From a candidate division FCPU426 bacterium (lineage in GTDB: Bacteria > Oederibacteriota > PGYV01 > Palsa-1178), in the NCBI GenBank assembly GCA_963840035.1, contig CAWIXE010000002.1, positions 96,001 through 160,000 of the forward strand: a stretch of DNA of 64,000 nt, read 5' to 3'. Position 1 is the stretch's first letter; every line of letters begins with the position of its first letter. Made by a program: the position numbers and the translations under genes. Of the stretch, positions 42,542 to 53,767 are shown piece by piece. Under the pieces are notes generated by a model. That model saw only the letters and a list, made by a program, of their open reading frames with translations. It searched no databases and was not told the DNA's origin.

Positions 42542-44065
42542 ATGAAAAACGAAAAGATCCTGATATTTGACACGACGCTCCGTGACGGCGAACAGGTTCC
42601 GGGCGCGTCGCTAACAAAGGCAGAAAAACTTGAGATAGCGCTGCAGTTAGAGCGCCTCAATGTTGACATAATAGAGGCGGGATTTCCCTTTTCCTCGCCG
42701 GGCGACCTTATATCCGTAAAAGAGATAAGCAAAGTTGTGAGGAAACCCATAATCGCGGGTTTGTGCCGTTCCGTGAAAAAAGACATTGACGCTTGCGCGG
42801 AAGCGATAAAACCCGCCAAGAGGGGAAGGATACACACATTTATTGGCACGTCCCCGCAGCACGTGAAGTTCATAACAAGGTCGACAAATGAAGAAATTTT
42901 AAAGCGCGCAATAGACGGCGTTAAATACGCGCGTACTTTTTGCGACGATGTGGAGTTCTCGGCTATGGACGCGACCCGCACAAGTTTTGATTACCTCTGC
43001 CAGATAGTAGAAGAGGTAATAAAAGCCGGCGCGACAACAGTCGACATTCCTGATTCGGTAGGTTATACGACCCCGGAAGAATTCGGGGCCATGATAAAGA
43101 AACTGATGAATACCGTCCCGAATATTAACAAAGCTGTCATAGCGGTCCACTGCCATAACGACCTTGGAATGGCGACCGCAAACTCACTGGCCGCTGTTGT
43201 AAACGGCGCGAGACAGGTTGAGTGCACCATTAACGGCCTCGGAGAGAGGGCGGGCAACGCGGCACTTGAGGAAGTTGTTATGGCATTAAAGACCCGCGAG
43301 GACATTTACGGTTTTACGACAGGCATCAAAACAGAGGAAATATACAAGACTTCAAAGATGGTCTCGCGCTTAACCGGAATGCCGGTACAGCCGAATAAGT
43401 CCGTGGTCGGGGCAAACGCCTTCGCGCACGCTTCAGGCATACACCAGGACGCCATACTGAAAAATGAAACGACCTTCGGCATTATGACGCCGAAGTCCAT
43501 AGGCATACCCGGACATGAATTGATCTTAACTTCGCGCTCCGGCAGGCACGCCATAATGCACAGGCTTGCTGATTTAGGCTTTAAGGTAAGCGAGACAGAG
43601 ATGGCAAGCGAGATATACCCGAAGTTCCTCCAGATAGCGGACAAGAAAAAGGAAGTCTTTGACGAGGATTTGACAGCCATGATGGAAGGCCAGGGCAAAA
43701 AAGGCAACGAAACCTTTGTGCTCGAGTCAATTTACTCGGCTACAGGTACTAACATAATCCCGACATCGACAGTGGAGATAAGCAAAGCCGGAAAAAAATC
43801 AGTGGCGGCTTCCACCGGAGACGGCCCTGTGGACGCGACATATAAGGCCATTAACGAGATAGTAAAGGCAGACTTAAAGATTGTTGATTACCAGATAAAG
43901 TCGGTCACAAAAGGCGAGGAAGCCCAGGGCGAAGTAACGATACGCGCTAAAAAAGGCGACAGGGAAGTAACCGCCCGCGGCATCTCAACGGACATAATAG
44001 AGGCCAGCGCGAAGGCATACCTTAATGCGCTTAGTAAATTCGAGAATTATAAAAGCAAAAAATGA
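42542..44065 (+). CDS. leuA: 2-isopropylmalate synthase
   Basis: 'FDTTLRDGEQ', 'HCHNDLGMA', 'GERAGN', 'HASGIHQD', regulatory domain 'GDGPVDA'. Confidence 0.96.
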   Translation: MKNEKILIFDTTLRDGEQVPGASLTKAEKLEIALQLERLNVDIIEAGFPFSSPGDLISVKEISKVVRKPIIAGLCRSVKKDIDACAEAIKPAKRGRIHTFIGTSPQHVKFITRSTNEEILKRAIDGVKYARTFCDDVEFSAMDATRTSFDYLCQIVEEVIKAGATTVDIPDSVGYTTPEEFGAMIKKLMNTVPNINKAVIAVHCHNDLGMATANSLAAVVNGARQVECTINGLGERAGNAALEEVVMALKTREDIYGFTTGIKTEEIYKTSKMVSRLTGMPVQPNKSVVGANAFAHASGIHQDAILKNETTFGIMTPKSIGIPGHELILTSRSGRHAIMHRLADLGFKVSETEMASEIYPKFLQIADKKKEVFDEDLTAMMEGQGKKGNETFVLESIYSATGTNIIPTSTVEISKAGKKSVAASTGDGPVDATYKAINEIVKADLKIVDYQIKSVTKGEEAQGEVTIRAKKGDREVTARGISTDIIEASAKAYLNALSKFENYKSKK

Positions 44066-44262
44066 CGTTTGAGGGATAGCGAGACAAGAGACTGGAGACA
44101 AGAGTACTTAACTGAGTAAGAACTAGACAAGAGACTGGAGACAAGAGTAAGAATAAAGGCAAGGTGAGGTTTTGTGGGATTTGGGTTGTTTTTTTTACTC
44201 CAGTCTCCTATCTCTTGTCTCTTAAACTCTACGCGGTCTAACTAACTTCTGGAGGTTTTATC

Positions 44263-45528
44263 ATGGCAATGAACATAGCAGAAAAGATCCTGGCTTTCAA
44301 GTCAGGCAAAAAACACGTAGAACCCGGCGAGCTTATTATCGCCGATATCGACCTTGTGTTGGCAAACGATATTACCGCCCCTATCGCCATTAAGGAATTC
44401 AAGGCGTCCGGCGCCACAAAGGTTTGGGATAGGACCAAGATAGCGCTTGTGCCCGACCATTTTACGCCGAACAAGGATATCAAATCCGCTGAGCAGGCAA
44501 AGATGCTGCGCGAATTCGCTCATGAGCAGAAGCTCACGCATTACTATGACCAGGGCGAAGTCGGCATAGAGCACGCGCTGCTTCCTGAAAAGGGAGTTGT
44601 CGTGCCCGGAGACCTCGTAATCGGCGCGGACTCGCATACCTGCACATACGGCGCTTTGGGCGCTTTTGCAACGGGCGTGGGTTCCACTGACGCCGCATTC
44701 GGCATGATGACAGGCAAGGCGTGGTTCAAAATACCCGAATCAATCAAGTTTATATATAAAGGAAAGCTTAATAAATGGGTGGGAGCGAAGGACCTGATAC
44801 TTCATACCATCGGCGACATCGGAGTTGACGGCGCGCTGTATAAAGCAATGGAATTCACAGGGCCGGTAATAGACAGGATGTCAATGGACGGAAGGCTTAC
44901 CATGTCAAACATGGCAATTGAAGCCGGCGGAAAAGCAGGGCTTATGAACCCGGATGAAATAACCATGGAGTATGTAAAAGCGCGCGCCGAGCATAAGTGG
45001 AAGATATTTACCTCTGATAAGGACGCCAAATATGAGAAAGTCATTGAGTACGATTGCGCGAAGATTGAACCCATAGTTTCGTGCCCGAGCCTGCCTGAGA
45101 ACACAAAGGCGGTTTCCAAGCTCGGCAAAGTCATGATAGACCAGTCAGTCATCGGTTCATGCACAAACGGCAGGATGGATGATTTAAGGATTACGGCAAA
45201 GATATTCAAAGGCAGGAAGATAAATTCCCGCGTGCGCTGCCTGATATTCCCTGGAACCAGGGACATATACGTGCAGGCCATGAAAGAGGGGCTGGTTGAC
45301 ATATTCATGAAAGCAGGCGCGGTATTTTCAATGCCCACCTGCGGCCCGTGCCTGGGCGGACACATGGGAATCCTGGCAAAAGGCGAAGTGGCCGTGTCCA
45401 CGACAAACAGGAATTTTGTCGGCAGGATGGGACATACCGAAAGCTCGGTATACCTCTCGAGCCCGGCAGTAGCCGCGGCAAGCGCGGTACTGGGGTATAT
45501 AGGAACGCCGGAAGGTTTGAAGAAATAG
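44263..45528 (+). CDS. leuC: 3-isopropylmalate dehydratase large subunit
   Basis: 'DH', 'GIEH', 'GADSHTCT', 'IGSCTNGR', 'CGPCLG', 'TNRNF.GRMG'. Confidence 0.96.
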   Translation: MAMNIAEKILAFKSGKKHVEPGELIIADIDLVLANDITAPIAIKEFKASGATKVWDRTKIALVPDHFTPNKDIKSAEQAKMLREFAHEQKLTHYYDQGEVGIEHALLPEKGVVVPGDLVIGADSHTCTYGALGAFATGVGSTDAAFGMMTGKAWFKIPESIKFIYKGKLNKWVGAKDLILHTIGDIGVDGALYKAMEFTGPVIDRMSMDGRLTMSNMAIEAGGKAGLMNPDEITMEYVKARAEHKWKIFTSDKDAKYEKVIEYDCAKIEPIVSCPSLPENTKAVSKLGKVMIDQSVIGSCTNGRMDDLRITAKIFKGRKINSRVRCLIFPGTRDIYVQAMKEGLVDIFMKAGAVFSMPTCGPCLGGHMGILAKGEVAVSTTNRNFVGRMGHTESSVYLSSPAVAAASAVLGYIGTPEGLKK

Positions 45529-45631
45529 CCCAGAGCCCATAGCCCAAGTGAGGGCTGAAGGCGGGGTTGTTTTTGATCTTAAAACTTGAGCTTTGAGCTT
45601 TGGGCTCTGAGCTAAATACGGAGGTTTTCTT

Positions 45632-46129
45632 ATGAAGTTCACAGGCAAAGTTTGGCGGTTCGGAAACGACATAGACACTGACCTTATCATACCGGCGAGG
45701 TACTTAAACTCATCCGACCCTGCGGAGCTGGCAAAGCACTGCATGGAAGACGCGGATAAGACCTGGGCGGGAAAAGTGGGCAAAGGCGATATCATAGTCG
45801 CGGGAAAGAATTTCGGATGCGGTTCCTCGCGCGAGCACGCGCCGGTGGCCATTAAAGCCGCAGGGGTATCATGCGTTATCGCGAAGGATTTCGCCAGGAT
45901 ATTTTACAGGAATTCATTCAACATCGGGCTGCCGATATTTGAGTCTGAGGAAGCTTCCCTTAAGATAAAGGAAGGCGACACCGTGGAAATAGACGCTGAC
46001 AAAGGCGTGATAAAGAACATAACCAAAAACGAGACTTATAAAGTAAAGCCAATCCCGCCGTTTATGCAGGAGCTCGTGGAAGCGGGCGGGCTGATCGCGT
46101 ACGGGAAGACTAAGTTTAAAATAAAATAG
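45632..46129 (+). CDS. leuD: 3-isopropylmalate dehydratase small subunit
   Basis: '[12 protein letters not shown]', '[11 protein letters not shown]', 'FARIFYRN'. Confidence 0.96.
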   Translation: MKFTGKVWRFGNDIDTDLIIPARYLNSSDPAELAKHCMEDADKTWAGKVGKGDIIVAGKNFGCGSSREHAPVAIKAAGVSCVIAKDFARIFYRNSFNIGLPIFESEEASLKIKEGDTVEIDADKGVIKNITKNETYKVKPIPPFMQELVEAGGLIAYGKTKFKIK

Positions 46130-46176
46130 TACCAGCCCAAAGCTCAAAGCCGAGAAAAACCACTTGAGTTTTGGGC

Positions 46177-46285
46177 TCTGGGCTTTGGGATTGCAGTATA
46201 ACTTTCGTTCTGGGCTTTGGGGTTGCAGTATAACTTTCGTTCTGGGCTTTGGGATTGTCGTATAACTTTCGCTCTGGGCTTTGGG
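46177..46285. repeat. Tandem repeat, about 3.4 copies of 32 bp, inside a heptamer array
   Basis: tctgggctttgggattgcagtataactttcgt at 46177, 46209 and 46241, partial at 46273. Confidence 0.85.
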
Positions 46286-46314
46286 CTCTGGGCTAACACA
46301 CTGGAGGTTTTATT

Positions 46315-47382
46315 ATGGGAAAGACCTACAACATCGCGGTAATGGGCGGGGACGGAACAGGCCCGGAAGTAGTGGCGGAAGGCATTAAAGTTTTAAAAGT
46401 CGCGGCTGCAAAGCATAATGTCGGGCTGCATTTTGTGGATTATGACCTCGGAGGCGAGAGGTACATGAAGACCGGGGAAATGGTGCCGGATTCGGTTCTG
46501 GAGGAATTCAAAAAAGCCGACTCCATCTATCTCGGGGCCATAGGCCATCCGGACGTAAAACCGGGCATCCTGGAGCTGGGCATTCTTTTAAAGATCCGTT
46601 TTGCCCTGGACCAGTACATCAATTTAAGGCCGGTAAAACTTTATCCTAACGTGGAAACCCCGCTTAAGGACAAAGGGCCGGAACACATAGAGTTTGTGGT
46701 AATCAGGGAAAATTCAGGCGGCATATACACGGGCATGGGCGGAGTGGTAAAAAAAGGCACGCCGAACGAAATCGCCACCCAGACCATGGTATATTCGCGC
46801 TTTGAAGTGGACAGGTGCATAAAGTACGCTTATGAACTTACGCGCAAAAGGAATAAAAAGAATATGTTAACGCTCGTGCATAAATGCAACGTATTAACGC
46901 ACACCGGAGACCTCTGGGTCAGGGCGCATAAGGAAATGGGAGACAAACACTTCCCGGACATAAAACAGGATTACGCGCACGTGGACGCCACGACAATGTG
47001 GTTTGTGAAGAACCCGGAATTCTTTGACGTTATCGTCACAGAGAACCTCTTCGGCGATATCATCACCGATTTGGGCGCCATGATACAGGGCGGCATGGGA
47101 ATAGCGGCCGGAGGAAACATCAACCCGGAAGGCGTATCCATGTTCGAACCCATCGGCGGCTCGGCCCCGAAGTACACAGGCAAAAACGTCATTAACCCGC
47201 TCGCAGCAATCAACGCCGCGGCCATGATGATGGATACTATGGGCGAGGACAAACTTGCAAAGTCCATAGATAACGCAGTAACAGCAGCGCTGTCTACCGG
47301 AAAGATACCATCCATGTCGGCAGGCAAGATGGGAATGGGGACGAGGGAACTTGGGGATTTTGTGGCGGGGTTTGTAAAGTAA
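46315..47382 (+). CDS. leuB: 3-isopropylmalate dehydrogenase
   Basis: 'GDGTGPEV', 'NLRP', 'REN', 'HKCNVL', 'VD', 'NLFGDIITD', 'FEP..GSAP'. Follows leuCD. Confidence 0.93.
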   Translation: MGKTYNIAVMGGDGTGPEVVAEGIKVLKVAAAKHNVGLHFVDYDLGGERYMKTGEMVPDSVLEEFKKADSIYLGAIGHPDVKPGILELGILLKIRFALDQYINLRPVKLYPNVETPLKDKGPEHIEFVVIRENSGGIYTGMGGVVKKGTPNEIATQTMVYSRFEVDRCIKYAYELTRKRNKKNMLTLVHKCNVLTHTGDLWVRAHKEMGDKHFPDIKQDYAHVDATTMWFVKNPEFFDVIVTENLFGDIITDLGAMIQGGMGIAAGGNINPEGVSMFEPIGGSAPKYTGKNVINPLAAINAAAMMMDTMGEDKLAKSIDNAVTAALSTGKIPSMSAGKMGMGTRELGDFVAGFVK

Positions 47383-47503
47383 TATGTAATTAAGATAGTA
47401 GATTTTAGATTGCGGATTAATAGTCTATTAATCAACAATCTACTATCAACAATCTTCAATAATATGGAACACACTATATGAAGAAAGGGTAAGGTAAACA
47501 AAC

Positions 47504-48523
47504 ATGAGCAAGGAATACAACGTAGCGATTATGGGCGCGACGGGCGCCGTGGGAAAGGAACTGCTTTCGATAGTCGAGGAGCGGAAGTTTCCGATAAAGA
47601 ACCTGAAACTCCTGGCTTCCGAGAGGTCAGTGGGTAAAAAGATGAAGTACCAGGGCAGGAACCTGACTGTCGAGCTCCTGGACTCAAATTCGTTTAAAGG
47701 CGTGGACATAGTCCTGGCGTCAGCCGGAGCTTCCTTATCCAAGCAGTACCTTAAGGATATGGCCGACGCAAAAGCGCTGTGCATAGACAATACGTCCGCT
47801 TTCAGGATGGAAAAGGACGTTCCGCTCGTTGTCCCGGAGATAAACCCCGAGGACTGCCGCTGGAACACGGGCGTGATAGCCAACCCGAACTGCACGACCA
47901 TCATAGCCATAGTGCCGTTAAAACCCATACATGACGCCGCGAAGATTAAGAGGATGGTGATTTCCTCATACCAGGCTTCTTCAGGCGCGGGCGACAAGGC
48001 CATGTTTGAAGTACAGCAGCAGGCAAAGGACTGGGCAGCGGGCAAGCAGTTAAAGGTCGAAAAATTCGCGTACCAGCTCCTGTGGAACGTGATACCGCAT
48101 ATTGACGCCTTTACGGATAACGGTTATACAAAAGAAGAACTCAAGGTATTAAACGAGACCAGAAAAATTATGCACGAGCCTGAGATGATGATATCTTGCA
48201 CGTGCGTCAGGGTGCCGGTATTACGCGCGCATTCAGAGTCCATAATGATAGAGACCGAGAAAAAATTATCGGTTAAAGAGATCCAGGACCTGATGAAGAA
48301 TGCCCCCGGAGTGACGCTTGAGGACGATCCGGCAAACAAGAAATACCCCATGCCGCTTTTTGTCTCAGGCAAGGATAACGTCTCCGTAGGCCGCATAAGG
48401 GAGGACATCTCCTGCTCAGGAAACGGATATAACCTGTGGGTGGTAGGAGACCAGATAAGAAAAGGCGCCGCTTTAAATGCCGTGCAGATAGCCGAGATTG
48501 TTGCAAAAGAAGGATTGAAGTAA
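47504..48523 (+). CDS. asd: Aspartate-semialdehyde dehydrogenase
   Basis: 'GATGAVG', 'DNTSAFRM', 'ANPNCTT', 'YQASSGAG', 'CVRVPV..AHS', 'RKGAALN'. Confidence 0.96.
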   Translation: MSKEYNVAIMGATGAVGKELLSIVEERKFPIKNLKLLASERSVGKKMKYQGRNLTVELLDSNSFKGVDIVLASAGASLSKQYLKDMADAKALCIDNTSAFRMEKDVPLVVPEINPEDCRWNTGVIANPNCTTIIAIVPLKPIHDAAKIKRMVISSYQASSGAGDKAMFEVQQQAKDWAAGKQLKVEKFAYQLLWNVIPHIDAFTDNGYTKEELKVLNETRKIMHEPEMMISCTCVRVPVLRAHSESIMIETEKKLSVKEIQDLMKNAPGVTLEDDPANKKYPMPLFVSGKDNVSVGRIREDISCSGNGYNLWVVGDQIRKGAALNAVQIAEIVAKEGLK

Positions 48524-48592
48524 ACGTTTGATGTAGAGAGACAAGAGACTGGAGACTGGAGTAAGTCGACAGTCTTAAGTCTGGAAAATACG

Positions 48593-48620
48593 GGCCGGAG
48601 AGAAATCTCCGGCCTTTTTT
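48593..48620 (+). terminator. Intrinsic terminator after asd
   Basis: ggccggaga-gaaa-tctccggcc-tttttt. Confidence 0.85.
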
Positions 48621-48648
48621 ATTTGTATTGTCAATATTTACAAACCCT

Positions 48649-48785
48649 GTAGGGGAGGACCTGTGTGTCCGCCAGTAAGGTTGGGTTCCGTTTTTTATCC
48701 CTCTCCCCCCGGGAGAGGGTAGGGTGAGGGGACATTAAAGGCAAGGTTCACCTCACCCCAGCCCCTCTCCTAAGAGGAGAGGGGA
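48649..48785. repeat. GTAGGGG REP plus CCCTCTCCC palindromic element
   Basis: gtaggggaggacctgtgtgtccgcc, and an element matching 30881-30968. Confidence 0.8.
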
Positions 48786-48965
48786 GGAAATAACTGCCGT
48801 TCGGGCTAATACAATCTATTTCTTAAAGACAAACCGTCTTACTTGTAGTATAATGTCCTTCGCTTCAGATTTTACCGGTTTTGCTGTTTAAGGGACCCTA
48901 AACTCTTGTCTCCAGTCTCTTGTCTCTTAAACTCATGCCAGGTATATATAACGGGGAGGTTTACT

Positions 48966-50258
48966 ATGATTAAACGCTACACACTCGAAAAAATGGGCGC
49001 GCTATGGACGGAAGAAGCTAAGTTTCAGTCATGGCTTGACGTGGAAGTGGCTGTATGCGAGGCATGGGCTAAAAAGGGCAAGATACCAAAGAAAGACATG
49101 GCAGTCATAAAGAAAAAAGCCGGTTTCAACATAGATGAAATAGATAAAATAGAACTCAGGACACGCCATGACCTTATCGCTTTTACTGAATCCGTAGCCA
49201 ACCATGTAGGGCCTGCCTCAAGGTATATCCATATGGGAATTACTTCATCTGATGTTGTGGATACCGGGTTTGCTTTAAGGCTGGTAAAGGGATGCGATAT
49301 TGTTTTAGCGGATATGAAAATACTGGTAGCCACCCTCAAAAAACTCGCGACAAAACACAAATACACCGTCCAGATAGGCCGCACACATAATGTGCACGCC
49401 GAACCCATAACATTCGGGCTTAAGGTGCTTGTATGGCATTTTGAAATGAAGAGAAGCATTGAACGGTTAAAAGCGGCGAAAGAGGATATCAGGGTAGGAA
49501 AGCTTTCAGGCGCGGTCGGCAACTACGCGAACATACCGCCGGATGTTGAGAAGATAGCCATGACAAAACTTGGCCTGAAAAGGGCTGAGATTGCCAACCA
49601 GGTAATACAGAGGGACAGATACGCGTATTTAATGACAGTAATGGCTGTTGCCGCAGGCTCGATTGAAAAAATTGCCACCGAGATCAGGAACCTGCAGCAT
49701 ACAGAGATACTTGAAGTTGAAGAACCCTTCGCAAAGGGCCAGAAAGGCTCCTCTGCCATGCCGCATAAGAGGAACCCGGTGGTCTGCGAGCAGATAACAG
49801 GTTTGGCCAGGGTTATAAGGTCAAATTCCATATCATCGCTCGAAAATATAGCCCTATGGCATGAGAGGGACATATCCCACTCTTCAGTGGAGAGGATTAC
49901 GGTACCTGACACATTCATTCTCCTTCATTATATAATCAACAAGATGAACTGGGTTATGGACGGACTGCAGGTATACCCGTCAAACATGAAGCGCAACCTG
50001 CATTACCTGAAGGGCGCTATATTCTCCCAGAGGCTCCTGCTTGCGCTTGTCCAGAAGGGCCTGACAAGGGAAAAGTCGTATGAAATAGTGCAGGACAACG
50101 CCATGAGGGTATGGAGAGGCGAATCCCCGGACTTCATAACGTCGCTGCTCGCTGACCCGGATGTTAAAAAGAACTTTGAAGCCAAGGAACTCGACGGCAT
50201 ATTTGACGTGAATTACTACCTGAAATACGTGGATGAGTTCTTCCGCAGGGCAAAATAA
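48966..50258 (+). CDS. purB: Adenylosuccinate lyase
   Basis: 'MIKRY', 'TRHD', 'H.G.TSSD', 'GRTH.VHAEP', 'SSAMPHKRNP'. GGAGG RBS. Confidence 0.97.
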   Translation: MIKRYTLEKMGALWTEEAKFQSWLDVEVAVCEAWAKKGKIPKKDMAVIKKKAGFNIDEIDKIELRTRHDLIAFTESVANHVGPASRYIHMGITSSDVVDTGFALRLVKGCDIVLADMKILVATLKKLATKHKYTVQIGRTHNVHAEPITFGLKVLVWHFEMKRSIERLKAAKEDIRVGKLSGAVGNYANIPPDVEKIAMTKLGLKRAEIANQVIQRDRYAYLMTVMAVAAGSIEKIATEIRNLQHTEILEVEEPFAKGQKGSSAMPHKRNPVVCEQITGLARVIRSNSISSLENIALWHERDISHSSVERITVPDTFILLHYIINKMNWVMDGLQVYPSNMKRNLHYLKGAIFSQRLLLALVQKGLTREKSYEIVQDNAMRVWRGESPDFITSLLADPDVKKNFEAKELDGIFDVNYYLKYVDEFFRRAK

Positions 50259-50297
50259 GATACAAAGCCCAGAGCCCAAAGCTCAGGGAAACATTGG

Positions 50298-50322
50298 GGC
50301 GGGCGAAAGCCCGCCTTTTTTT
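50298..50322 (+). terminator. Intrinsic terminator after purB
   Basis: ggcgggc-gaaa-gcccgcc-ttttttt. Confidence 0.85.
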
Positions 50323-50355
50323 GTAGGATAATACATGTCGGTAATGGAGGAAATA

Positions 50356-51034
50356 ATGGGGCGTTCAATTTCACTGGTTGCCATAAAAGGGAATTCCATA
50401 GACGGGGTCAAAAAGATCATAGGGTTGAGGAAAACTGGGAAAAAGACTTCAATTGGGGACAATCCTTTATGTGGCAAACTTTTGAAAAATGGGTGGTATC
50501 TGATAGCCTGCAGATACATCTGAAAGCCCGGTGTCAAAAAACAGCCTCATGAGGAAAGTTTCAGTTAATGCAAATGTGCTTGCGTTTTCTATGGATGACC
50601 ATGTCATGAACAGTACTTGTAAAGCCTGGAAAAATGGTAAAAACATATGGGCTGTTGTACATAATGGTGACAAAGACGTATTAAACATAACTGAGCGCGG
50701 GGAACTCCCGGAATTTTATGAAAGTATGAAGAAAGGTTATATTAAAAGACAAAAAGGCGCTGAAGACGATGTTGACCTGTTTTTTGATATGCCGGCAGAT
50801 ATTATAAGGGAGGTCACAGGGTTTAACCTTAATGGAAAATCCGCAGGAACCGATTTTGAAATATTGGATGCTGATTTTAGGTTGAAAATGTCGAAGTCTT
50901 TATCAGGAATTATGGTCTGGCTCGAAATAGCCGGAGTCGTTGTGGGTTTCTTGCTAACAATTGTTCTGGCAGTTATATTTGTTCCAAAAATACTAAATGT
51001 AATAATGAAATTTATTGCGGGGATTTTTGCGTAA
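50356..51034 (+). pseudogene. Hypothetical protein split by a +1 frameshift near 50507-50520
   Basis: GGAGG then MGRSIS...GWYLIAC. The +1 frame is open from 50507 (DTSESPV...) to 51034. No good RBS before 50531. Confidence 0.55.
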
Positions 51035-51042
51035 TTAACTTT

Positions 51043-51353
51043 GTAGAGATGGGACCCGTGCCCATCTCAAGGCAGGAAAGCGAGAGGCCCACAGGTGGCT
51101 TCTCTATAGTGTATTTGATTCTCGTAGAGCCGCCGCTTGCTGCGGCTCAGGGTTGGCAGGTATATGGTTGGTATTTGTAGTCGCAGGCCTACGTTCCATC
51201 GGCCTGCGCCTAAATTAGGAATTGATGGACGCAAAAGACGGATGGTTCACACCGCTACGTTGCGCACCCCGGTGAGGCGTAGAGAGTGCGACTACCAATG
51301 TTGCGATGTTTGATCTGTTACGACGTCTGAGCCGCAGCAAGCAGCGGCTCTAC
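51043..51353. repeat. REP cluster: GTAGAGA pair, then a nested composite (outer 51124-51353, inner 51177-51295)
   Basis: Same architecture as 8995-9260. The hairpins at 51043-51107 are reverse complements of those at 9356-9430. Confidence 0.85.
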
Positions 51354-51374
51354 AAAAAACTATAAGGCGGATTA

Positions 51375-52389
51375 ATGAAAAAAACAGGAATATTTATCAT
51401 TATCTTATCCATGCTTGTCGCGCCTGCCATTGCCGAACCGGGCTGTGATGATTATTATTTCGGACTGGATGTGGAGCAGGATTATAGGCAGGCTTTTGAC
51501 TGCTATCAGGCCGCTTCGTATAAAAACTACCTTGCGCTGGCTTCAATGTACTTAAACGGCGAGGGTGTCGGGCAGGATTTTGAGAAGGCCAGGGATATGT
51601 GGAGGCAATACACACTGACCAACGGCGGGGAATACTACGAAAGCGACGTCATGAATAAGTTCATTAATGACACTAGAAATAAAAAACATCCAAAGCGCGT
51701 GGATTATAGCGATCTTTCACAAGGCACACTTGACAGCAACTACTGGGTAAATGTACAGGGTTTATTGAGGGAACAGCAGCTTAAAAAAATGGCCGGCAGG
51801 ATGGCTTTTGAACTATCACCCGGAATGAAAGGCGATTTTGATACTATTTGCAGGCAATATGAAATTATAAAGGATAATGACAGTGAAAGGGCGTATGAGC
51901 TGTTTGCCGACGGCTCTATCAGGGACCAGGTACAGACTTTAACGCAGGTTTTTATACTTAACAGGCATAAAGACAGGTTGCCTGCATCTGGACGGAAATA
52001 TCATGCCGCAGATAAAAACCGCGGAAGAATACGCAAATCTGGATAAAAAGCTTAATGAAGCTTATGATAAAGCGGTTGTTGTGGGAGATGATTGGGTTAA
52101 GGATATGTCGGCTTCAGATGTGAATAAAATGACAGCGGCAAACCTGAAGGAATTCAAGGAAGAATATTTCAGCGCCCTTAAAAAGTCCCAGAAAGCGTGG
52201 ATAAAATACAGGGACGCGTGGATAAGCCTGTATAAAAAGAAAAAACTTACCATATATAAGAACAATGACGAGGTATTATATTCTGTCGGCGGCTGGTTGA
52301 CAGCCGAGAGGACCGAAGAGCTGGATTTTGTATCGGGGTATTGCAAGGAAAAGGTTGAGTTAAAGCCGTTTTCAGAGGAGAATAAATAA
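51375..52389 (+). pseudogene. Exported Sel1-like repeat plus LprI (DUF1311)-like protein, apparently split by a +1 frameshift near 51981
   Basis: Signal peptide, Sel1 'LASMYLNGEGVGQDFEKA'. Overlapping +1 ORF has LprI-like 'LDKKLNEAY...LKKSQKAWIKYRDA...LTAERTEEL'. Confidence 0.6.
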
Positions 52390-53156
52390 TGGCTTTTTGG
52401 AAAAGATCAGCGGTTGCTGCGGTCGTTTTGATGTTGCTTTCCGGATGCTGGCAAACCGGACCGGGGAAGAAAGCGGCTCATGAAGAGGGTAAATCCGGGA
52501 GCGCATCAGCGCAGGAAGCCGAAACCGGAATTCCCTCCAAAAACGCGCTGGATACCGCAGATCAGGTAGTAATTAAAGTCCTTGATAAGGATAAAAATGC
52601 CATATTCCAGTACACAGCTCCTGAGTCGGCCGGTATATACGAAAAATACCTTACAAAGAACGGAAAGTACGGTTATGTCCAATTTTCCGAGGCAGTGTCA
52701 GGGATGGCGTTTTTTGATGTTTACAATAATAAAACCATAGAATACAAGTATGATGAAAGCGGCGACGACCACAGCAGTTGGATAAGCTGCGCAATGAGTG
52801 AAACCGGGCTGGGCGAGGTCATAGAGAACCATGATCTTGAAAACAAGCTCATAAAAACAACGGTATATTCCATATCATTCACAGATCCGGCATATAAACA
52901 TGTAAATAAAACCATAGAGATACCCAAAAAAGTCCTGTATTACAACCCGGAAATCGAAGGAAGCGATTATCAGGACATGATGTTCAGCATCAAGTACCTA
53001 AATGAGGTGCCGGGCCTGAAAGACCTGAATATAATAAAACGGAAAATGGGTGAATATATAGTATATATGATAGCCTTCGGGGATAAATCTGTTAAAATAG
53101 ACAAGGTGCTTCAGGACGAGGATTTAAAGGACAGGATACTGAAGTTCTGCAGGTAA
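52389..53156 (+). CDS. Hypothetical lipoprotein
   Basis: Lipobox LSG-C, TAATG coupling, GAGGAG RBS. Confidence 0.65.
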   Translation: MAFWKRSAVAAVVLMLLSGCWQTGPGKKAAHEEGKSGSASAQEAETGIPSKNALDTADQVVIKVLDKDKNAIFQYTAPESAGIYEKYLTKNGKYGYVQFSEAVSGMAFFDVYNNKTIEYKYDESGDDHSSWISCAMSETGLGEVIENHDLENKLIKTTVYSISFTDPAYKHVNKTIEIPKKVLYYNPEIEGSDYQDMMFSIKYLNEVPGLKDLNIIKRKMGEYIVYMIAFGDKSVKIDKVLQDEDLKDRILKFCR

Positions 53157-53169
53157 AAAAAAGGTTCTG

Positions 53170-53353
53170 GTAGAGCCGCCGCTTGCTGCGGCTCAGGTTT
53201 GGTGTTTTGTAGTCGCAGGCCTACGCCCCACCGGCCTGCGCCTAGAGTAGGAATTGAAAGACGCAAACGACTGACAGTTCAAACCACCGCGTTGCGCACC
53301 CCGGTGGGTCGTAGAGGGTGCGACTACCAATGTTACAACGTTTGAGCCGCAGC
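53170..53353. repeat. Nested composite REP element with truncated outer right REP
   Basis: Outer left at 53170, inner pair 53209-53327. Outer right stops at gagccgcagc. Confidence 0.85.
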
Positions 53354-53368
53354 CATTAGACAGGGAGG

Positions 53369-53752
53369 GTGATTGTGAAAAAAATAAGGTATACACTATT
53401 TCCGGACCTAGCAGGGGGATTTTATAATAAGCAAGAATCTGTCCTTGCATTCTTACAGGACACTTTAATACTAAATAAGGCAAAGATAATACCCCCGCTT
53501 GATATATTAAATTCTATTTTTATGAGAGTCCCGGATATTTCAACCGGAAGGACTGCTGAATGGGAACCGTTTGAAATAAGCAAGTTGGAATATGGATTAT
53601 TAGTTAAAGAACTTGAATTAATTCAGGGGTTGCCATATAGATATGAATTACCACCGGAAACCATTAAGAATGCAAAGGACTGGCTTTTATGGCAGGGATA
53701 TAAATGGTATGCAGAAAAACCGGAGACAAAATATAGGCCGTATAAAAAATGA
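53369..53752 (+). CDS. AT-rich hypothetical protein
   Basis: 127-aa ORF behind GGGAGG, 'IPPLDILN...EWEPFEIS..EY..LV.EL'. Start may be GTG 53375. Confidence 0.55.
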   Translation: MIVKKIRYTLFPDLAGGFYNKQESVLAFLQDTLILNKAKIIPPLDILNSIFMRVPDISTGRTAEWEPFEISKLEYGLLVKELELIQGLPYRYELPPETIKNAKDWLLWQGYKWYAEKPETKYRPYKK

Positions 53753-53767
53753 AACAGGAGAAAACAA

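Noticed and set aside
46177..46285. Possible CRISPR array
   Set aside because: Units are contiguous near-identical tandem copies with no unique spacers, and there are no cas genes in the window.
48830..48965. Purine riboswitch upstream of purB
   Set aside because: No purine or ZTP aptamer consensus visible. The region is a heptamer array plus a promoter-like TATAAT.
50521..50523. TGA recoding (selenocysteine or alternative genetic code)
   Set aside because: The downstream ORF is in a different frame, and TGA ends several clear genes (kdsA, leuA, gmhA), consistent with code 11.
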